This document shows, in pieces, positions 57,446 to 64,000 of a stretch of 64,000 bases of DNA. The stretch spans positions 558,001 through 622,000 of the forward strand of contig JAQGDQ010000019.1 of NCBI GenBank assembly GCA_030141605.1, written 5' to 3'. Below the pieces are notes generated by a model. The model was not told where the DNA came from and did no database searches. It saw only the letters and a list, made by a program, of their open reading frames with translations. This DNA is from Tubiluchus corallicola. Its lineage: Eukaryota; Animalia; Priapulida. Within the stretch, counting starts at the first letter, position 1. The number at the start of each line of letters is the position of its first letter. Position numbers and translations under genes: made by a program.

Positions 57446-58679
57446 GGCTGGGATGTTGTTGTTTTGTTTGTTTGGAAAGGTGTAGCACAAAAGTCGAGAA
57501 GACAAGGATGCAGTATGCTTGCTTTATCGAATTAATTTAGCGTCTTTAAAAGTACCAAGTACAACACTTGCAAAGTTCAAATAATGACATCTGTCATGAT
57601 CTGTGAATCGTTGTGCGTTTGGACTCTACAGTATATTCTAAGATGTCCATATAACATGCCCACCAAATAAATATCTACATGTTGTAAACAAAGGACTTGA
57701 CTAAGCAAAAGACACCAAAATGACACTTAGCCAATGCAAAACGCAGAGGTGATACTGAGAATTTATTGCCATTTGTTAAATGTACGGGAACGAATATTAT
57801 TATTTGGTCATATTTTAATACACATACGTGCTTTGCGTATAGCTGCTAGCGATTTCATGAATGTTTTTCTTTGGCTATAGAAAATACAAAATCGCCTGGA
57901 TAAATACCCAAACTTTGTCATAACTATAATGATATGTTGAAAAGCATACGTAATAGCCATACATCATCTATGCATAGAAACAAGGAGTTAAAAACGGAAA
58001 ATAGATGAACTAAGCAATTATATGACCACGATAAAACGGAAAACACGCGCATTAATACTGACAAAAACTAATTACGTAACTCTAATTATGCAAATCCTTA
58101 TTAATTTGCGTTTATTAGAACAGTTTTAAAATCAGATACTCGTTGGTGCACATTGATTCACACAAAAGTAACACACTTAACCAGTATTTATTCGAGTGCA
58201 GGTGTTTGCATTTTTAATCGGTATCAATAGCAGTATGAAATATTATTATAAGCTTATAGTCAGAATAGAGGGTGGCCGTTCACGTATTATACGCGATTGC
58301 ACTTGATTATATCTCTGAAACAAAATTTTATCAAATATATTTTAGGTTCTATAGATCGGTCACATAATATAAACTCCTTTTCAATGCACCATGAAATGAG
58401 TTTAATATTTATAACCAATTAGTACACTATGAATAGCTTTACATATTACATATTACTTGTTAACCGAATGAAACTATTCATAGCAAAAACTACAAAATCA
58501 ATGACTTGAACATTGAATTTCAGTGAGGTTAAGCAGCTACTAAAATTATTTCTTGCTTATGGAGTTCATTCTAGTGTATGAAGCCTAGCATATAGCCTGA
58601 GTAATCTCATGTAAAATGAATCCCATCAAAAATTTCTTTTGACGTTTGTTTTACATTTTAAATTTTGTGTTAAAGATGA

Positions 58680-58872
58680 TCACTTGTCGCCTTTCCCTTC
58701 CGTTTTTTCTTCCACTCTTGTCTCGTCTTCCTCTCTACCTATAGGTGGACCATACTGAATGTATTTGTGAATGACCACATCGCCAGACATACGAATGACA
58801 AGGATGTCACATATGGGCGTGAACCGATACTGATAATCTATGAAGTGGTTTCCATCTATCGCGACAGAAAAC
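58680..58872 (-). CDS. Galectin A exon 5 (CRD end plus charged tail)
   Basis: ttgcag acceptor; FSVAIDGNHFIDYQYRFTPICDILVIRMSGDVVIHKYIQYGPPIGREEDETRVEEKTEGKGDK*. Confidence 0.92.
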
Positions 58873-61800
58873 CTGCAACAGACGGAAATATACATAAGTT
58901 TTATAAGTTCATTAATAATTGTACAGTTGATATGTCTTGTAAAAAATATTAATATGTGTCGTATCGCACATGACGCAACCCATTATTAAGGGAAACATAA
59001 CTGGCAGCCTGATATCATCGATAATTTTTGTAGACATCGTAACCCAAACAGAATTACACAGGACTTGTCGAAAACAGTCTGGTACCAAACTAGTATTCAA
59101 ACGATCAAACACAGTGGCCACATTTGCTTTTTGATGGGAGATTACCTCACGTTAAAAGACACGATTTAAAAACACGATACCTCTAACAGGACAGATTTCA
59201 GACAGTCAAGAAATTTTTACCCATGTAAGTTGGTCCCTGTAAAGAATCAACAACTATCTGACTCACTGCAAAACAACGAAATAGTGATTCATTGCTTGCT
59301 GATTCATTTTCGGCTTTAAAGCGCTTTATACCTGTGGATCATTAAGGGGCTGTGCAAATAAGCCTTTTCAAGGTTAATAGGCTACCATACTTCTTCCTTA
59401 TCTCTGCAGATCTTTCCACGGTCTTACGTACTTGTCCTCAAGCATGTCAATTTCCAATACAAATTCCTGTCCCGGTTCGAATGGAAACCACATAGCCTGT
59501 CTCTCTTCAGGACCCCATTCTGGACCTAGACGTGAATTTCGCACTGTGATGCGCTCCTCGAATCGAGGATTAAAGTGAAATGCAATAGTGTTGTCAGGAG
59601 ACTTGTTGTCAACTTGAAAGTTAATGAAGAACCTGAAAGATTTATACTTGTAAATATATATTAGCACGTACATATTCACATACACTGTCGCGCACATGTA
59701 TGCACCATAATACACCTAAAACAGTCACATATATTACCAAATAAATAGCCTGCTGGAACGAGTGCGCAAGGCCACTTTGAGAGGTTAGAGAAAAACAAAA
59801 TTTGTTCTTTGATTTTGAGTATTATTATTTTTTCAAATAAAACATACCTCAGACAGTCCCGAGATGGATCATTTTGTTTGTTTACTTTATTTATTTATTT
59901 ATTTATTTTTAAAACCAAAGTCTTCGTGCGCTTATTTTAAAAAATCACTTGAGAACAGACTTTTGCAAAAAGCATTAATGAGCCACCTTTGTATTTTCCG
60001 TCACTTTTAATTATAATTTTAATGTAATGTCATTAAATGAGGTTAAGTAATGACAAATTCTAAAACTTGATGCATTGTTTAAATTTAGCAAGTTGGACTC
60101 TGCGTTTTTGCGTGTGGCGCGATGATATGCTTGTCTTTTATATGGTTTCAGAGGAGACTTCCCAACTTCTACACACAGAAATATAAAGAAGTGATTAGTA
60201 TGTCCTACTGGTCTGAAATTCGCTAAAATGTGACTTAGGTGCCTGCTCCAGCATGCAGGCTTTTCAATTATTACAGACAAAAATAACGAAGTTTTAAGAT
60301 ACATCATTTCAATACGATACCTAATAGATGGGATGTGAATTACAATGTATCTAGACACTTCTGCAGCGTGTCAAACCGCAAATGATTCAATTCCTGTACT
60401 TTTTTACTAATGTAGTTAGTGATTCTGTACTTCTGCATTTCTCCCTTATGTTCTTTCTGCTGTGCTTTAATATGTACTTGTATCCTTTTCAGTGTGATCA
60501 TTTTTATGCGTTAATAATATAAACTAAAAACGCCAAAAAAATTAGTGAAGTAGTTCCTTGTAATTTTTTTCTCTTTTTGTGCACCCGAAGAATTACAGTG
60601 CTAGTTCGAAACGTTGTATCGTTTCTCTTTTTCCTTGTTTTTAAATTGTGGGATTTTATATTCATTCCCACTGTTTATTCAGATAGAACTTAGAATGACT
60701 GTGTAATTATAATTTCAGCGTAATTTTCGCATTTTACATAATTATTATTATATACACTGTTTCAAATATTCGCTATACGTATACTCACATACAATTACAT
60801 ACTCATGGTGAGTAGATAGTGTGCATCAAAATTACTCCCTCTGCCTATTTGTGTTTAGTTGACCAAACAGTGTATGATCATATTGATCTTGTATGAATTT
60901 ATATGAGCTAAAAATCTTCAGAGACAGTGGTATACTAATAATAAATTTAAAAAATTATTAAAGCAAAGGTTATCCAGAAATATTAAATGCGATAAGCAAG
61001 GATGGTTCTGCGTAATATACTGATCATGAATGTGTTGGCCTAAAATTATTAATTGCGCAATTCGATTTAAAGTTATAGCAAAAATAGGTACCTACCCATA
61101 AAATCCTGGATTTTATGGGTATACTAATAATAAATTTAAAAAATTATTAAAGCAAAGGTTATCCAGAAATATTAAATGCGATAAGCAAGGATGGTTCTGC
61201 GTAATATACTGATCATGAATGTGTTGGCCTAAAATTATTAATTGCGCAATTCGATTTAAAGTTATAGCAAAAATAGGTACCTACCCATAAAATCCTGGAT
61301 TGTCGACCACTCTGCCTTCAAAGTAAAACGTCGTACCCTCCTTTCCGCCTCCATAAATTTCATGTTCATGAGGGAGATCTGGATTACTCAAAGGCGGAAT
61401 CGGGTACATAGGCCTCTGTAAATGCGTGCAAGTAAAGTCACAATGAATTTGTGTATAACAATGCTAATATTGTGTCATTTTGATTATTAAAATTTCGTTC
61501 TGTATGGGTAAACCTTATCCACAAATAACTGTTCCATAACCCCATACACGAAATCTTTAAAATAGTAAGCTGTGTAAAAATTTATAAACCACAAAAGCTT
61601 TCACTTTGCTTATACAAGTAAGCGCCTCATACTTACTACAGATTTCAACTTCTCATCGTAAACGTAAGCAACGACGTCTGCTAGATCATACGCCTCAGCT
61701 ATAAGAGATGAAATCGAAACTATAAATTATTTATATTGCAATTATGAAACCAATTTAAGTACTAATTGTAGTTAATAATTATTATTACTTCTAACTCAAT

Positions 61801-62871
61801 ACGCACGTTTTGCTTTATGGACTGCTTATTCATTTATTTTTGGAGTGCCATTTTACAAACAGTACAAGTGTTTACATGGTGTCACAAAGACTAATTATCG
61901 TCAATGATGAATTAAAGCTTGCTTCTAAAATACTTTCGAAACAAATAGCACATCCCAGAAAAGTAAGTCTATTATTCTTGCGAGCTTTCTTGATACCAAC
62001 GTTAAATTTATTCAGATTTAACTTGTAACATAATGAAGCGAACTAAAAATATAACTTTTAAAAATATTGGATGCTGTTTAATGTACGCGGGTTATAGCAT
62101 GGCTCAGTCAAAGCGTTTTCTCACAATAAGCTCCAAAATTAATCTTCAGAAATGTTTGCGTTTCATACAACTTATGATGCTCGTTTCCCTGTCTACAAAA
62201 TAGTGGACCCACAGAAACTAGTGCAGTTTTGAAAACACGCATAGTACCGGCACCTGCTCTACATGCATGCATAGTACGGGCACCAGCTCTACGAGCACGC
62301 AAAGTACGGGCACCAGCTCTACATGCATGCATAGTACGGGCACCAGCTCTACGAGCACGCAAAGTACGGGCACCAGCTCTACATGCACGCATAATACGGG
62401 CACCAGCTCTACGTGCACGCATAATACGGGCACCAGCTCTACGTGCACGCATAGTACGGATACCAGCTCTACCTGCACGCATAATAAGGGCACCAGCTCT
62501 ACGTGCACTAACGTTATGATACAATTAACAAAAAGTTACATTGGAACTCGCTGAAATTTTTTGATGCTTACATGTACATGTATTATCGAAATATTTTTGC
62601 AAATAAACTATTATAAGAATTCAGTGTGGTTATTTTACCTCTAATCAGACAAGGGTGGGCCAGGAACGTCTAAGACGCAATACGCGTGTAATAATTAGGA
62701 CTAATAACTAGACTAGCAATAGAAGAATATAACGCGTTATTTTTTCTTTATTTTTATTTGTGATAAACTAATGCAAAAATACTGATACTCACACTCTATC
62801 TCTTTTCTTGTTACTGGCTTAGCCGAAGTTAAAGCAATAGCAGCCAATACGACAACCCATTGAAGTTTCAT
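58680..62871 (-). CDS. Galectin A: single-CRD galectin with predicted signal peptide, 221 aa, 5 coding exons
   Basis: complement(join 62793-62871, 61637-61698, 61285-61415, 59432-59632, 58680-58872) = 666 nt, all GT-AG, phases 1,0,2,2. Protein MKLQWVVVLAAIALTSA-KPV...IAFHFNPRFEERITVRNSRLGPEWGPEER...FSVAIDGNHFIDYQYR...GDVVI. Confidence 0.9.
59432..59632 (-). CDS. Galectin A exon 4 (sugar-binding exon)
   Basis: HFNPRF...VRNS...WGPEER; tttcag acceptor, gtacgt donor; inside ORF 59398-59715. Confidence 0.96.
60929..61301. repeat. Tandem duplication (184-bp copies, 189-bp period) including the galectin A exon 3 donor site
   Basis: 60929-61112 appears identical to 61118-61301. Confidence 0.93.
61285..61415 (-). 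CDS. Galectin A exon 3: RPMYPIPPLSNPDLPHEHEIYGGGKEGTTFYFEGRVVDNPGFYG
   Basis: tttacag acceptor, gtaggt donor; galectin N-terminal strand pattern (P-x-LP...GG...G...G). Confidence 0.88.
61637..61698 (-). CDS. Galectin A exon 2 (spacer): SEAYDLADVVAYVYDEKLKSV
   Basis: cttatag acceptor, gtaagt donor, phase 1-0 links exons 1 and 3. Confidence 0.8.
62236..62508. repeat. 30-bp minisatellite, ~9 copies, in galectin A intron 1
   Basis: Unit ~CACGCATAGTACGGGCACCAGCTCTACGTG. Confidence 0.96.
62793..62871 (-). CDS. Galectin A exon 1 (signal peptide): MKLQWVVVLAAIALTSAKPVTRKEIE
   Basis: ATG, basic n-region, hydrophobic h-region, T-S-A cleavage motif, gtgagt donor. Confidence 0.82.
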
Positions 62872-64000
62872 ATTTTCATCCAAACAGTCACTTACAAATG
62901 GGCAAATACTTATTGCTATTGGTACAGTTAGGATCGTCAGAATATGCCGAGACCGAAATGGAACTCCTTCAAAAACTTTCTCTTATTTTATGAGTGATAC
63001 TTTGCTGATTAAAAACATAATTATCTAACACTGTCTTTAAACACCTGCTAGATTCACATGCCTCATATCATTTTTCATGTCGGACTATGTGAAAATAGGG
63101 GGTTGTTGGTTACTAAACATACAAGACATATCCTAAGTATGACATAAGAAGCTTGTACACTAATAATGTTTCGCGGCTGGTCTTGGCATAATCCCTCAAA
63201 TATGTAGTACAAACAACTGTGCAATTTTTGCAACCTGCTAAACACAAAACGTGTAGTTTTTACAAGATTAATTATCTCGAATGTGTAATTTACCAAATTC
63301 GTCATCTCAGATGCATAATTTCCAAAAATGTACATTCACTCTTCAATGCTATACTGTTGTGTTATGCTAATAACTGAAACCGCTAAAATGCGAGACTGTT
63401 AGGGGAATAACATAGATTCAAATTCTGTGGGCGTACGGCTGTATCTGAACTGTGGGAAACAACAAAGAAGAAATACAAAGCCCAGAAGATTACGGCTGCG
63501 TCACTATGCAATTCAAATGCAGACTACCTTACAAAGCTTCCGAATCAGTTATGTGGTTCTTTCACATTTGCTATCTTTGTTAATGCATGCATATTACATG
63601 CAAATATTGCCACGTGCCTCAAGCACAAAAAAACGTTCATTAAGTAATGAAGCGATACTGTGTATAAAACTAGCTGCCTAATAGTATAGCAGTTATTAAA
63701 AAGTTAAATCACAATAAATATAATTGTATAATTTCATATTTTAATAACATCTTCATTCATGATCGGTTATAACATTTTATAATGCACAAAAACACTGTAT
63801 TAAAGAAATTATAATCGCAATGCTACTTTTAAGTACAAAATGACATTCACACAGTCAGACAAACACACCTAATACTCTAACAACAAATCTTAACTTTTAG
63901 AATTCACCTTGTAACTGATATCAATTACACACACAGATAATTTAGAAATCTACTACAGTTCTATACATCATAATCATCATCTTCAGTGACTGCTTGCTTT

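Noticed and set aside
59428-59431. Alternative donor TAC|GTAAGA for galectin A exon 4
   Set aside because: Gives phase 0, incompatible with the phase-2 acceptor at 58872; AA|GTACGT gives 201 nt, as in the paralogue.
62236-62508. CRISPR-like appearance of ~30-bp repeats
   Set aside because: No unique spacers, no cas genes, and the context is a eukaryotic intron.
62108-62554. Four repetitive ORFs (Arg-rich, Thr/Ser-rich, hydrophobic)
   Set aside because: Produced by the 30-bp minisatellite in an intron; no convincing splice signals.
52505-62871. One tandem-repeat (two-CRD) galectin spanning both CRDs
   Set aside because: The first CRD ends in its own stop codon, and the second has its own ATG and signal-peptide exon.

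Overview
AT-rich, intron-rich animal genomic DNA, most likely an invertebrate bilaterian; the taxon cannot be fixed from the sequence. It holds three spliced genes that the ORF track mostly misses. (1) Plus strand 5034-48792: an R7-family RGS gene (RGS7/RGS6/EGL-10 type; DEP-DHEX-GGL-RGS). It has 15 phase-consistent coding exons (~440 aa), probably lacks its first exon (upstream of the window), and has a GC-AG donor plus a candidate 18-nt microexon near the 3' end. (2, 3) Minus strand, convergent with it: two tandem, 5-exon, single-CRD galectin paralogues (58680-62871, 221 aa; 52505-57253, 211 aa). Both keep all canonical galactoside-binding residues, yet both begin with a separately encoded classical signal peptide and an acidic spacer, which is atypical for galectins. 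Mobile DNA includes a young 5'-truncated RTE LINE with an 11-bp TSD and one nonsense codon, a PIF/Harbinger MITE, a 36-bp perfect palindrome flanked by 7-bp direct repeats, a foldback-like element carrying a 5S-rRNA-like fragment, SINE/LINE relics and micro/minisatellites. A 189-bp-period tandem duplication has a fold-back junction. All gene models were read by eye; no searches were run.
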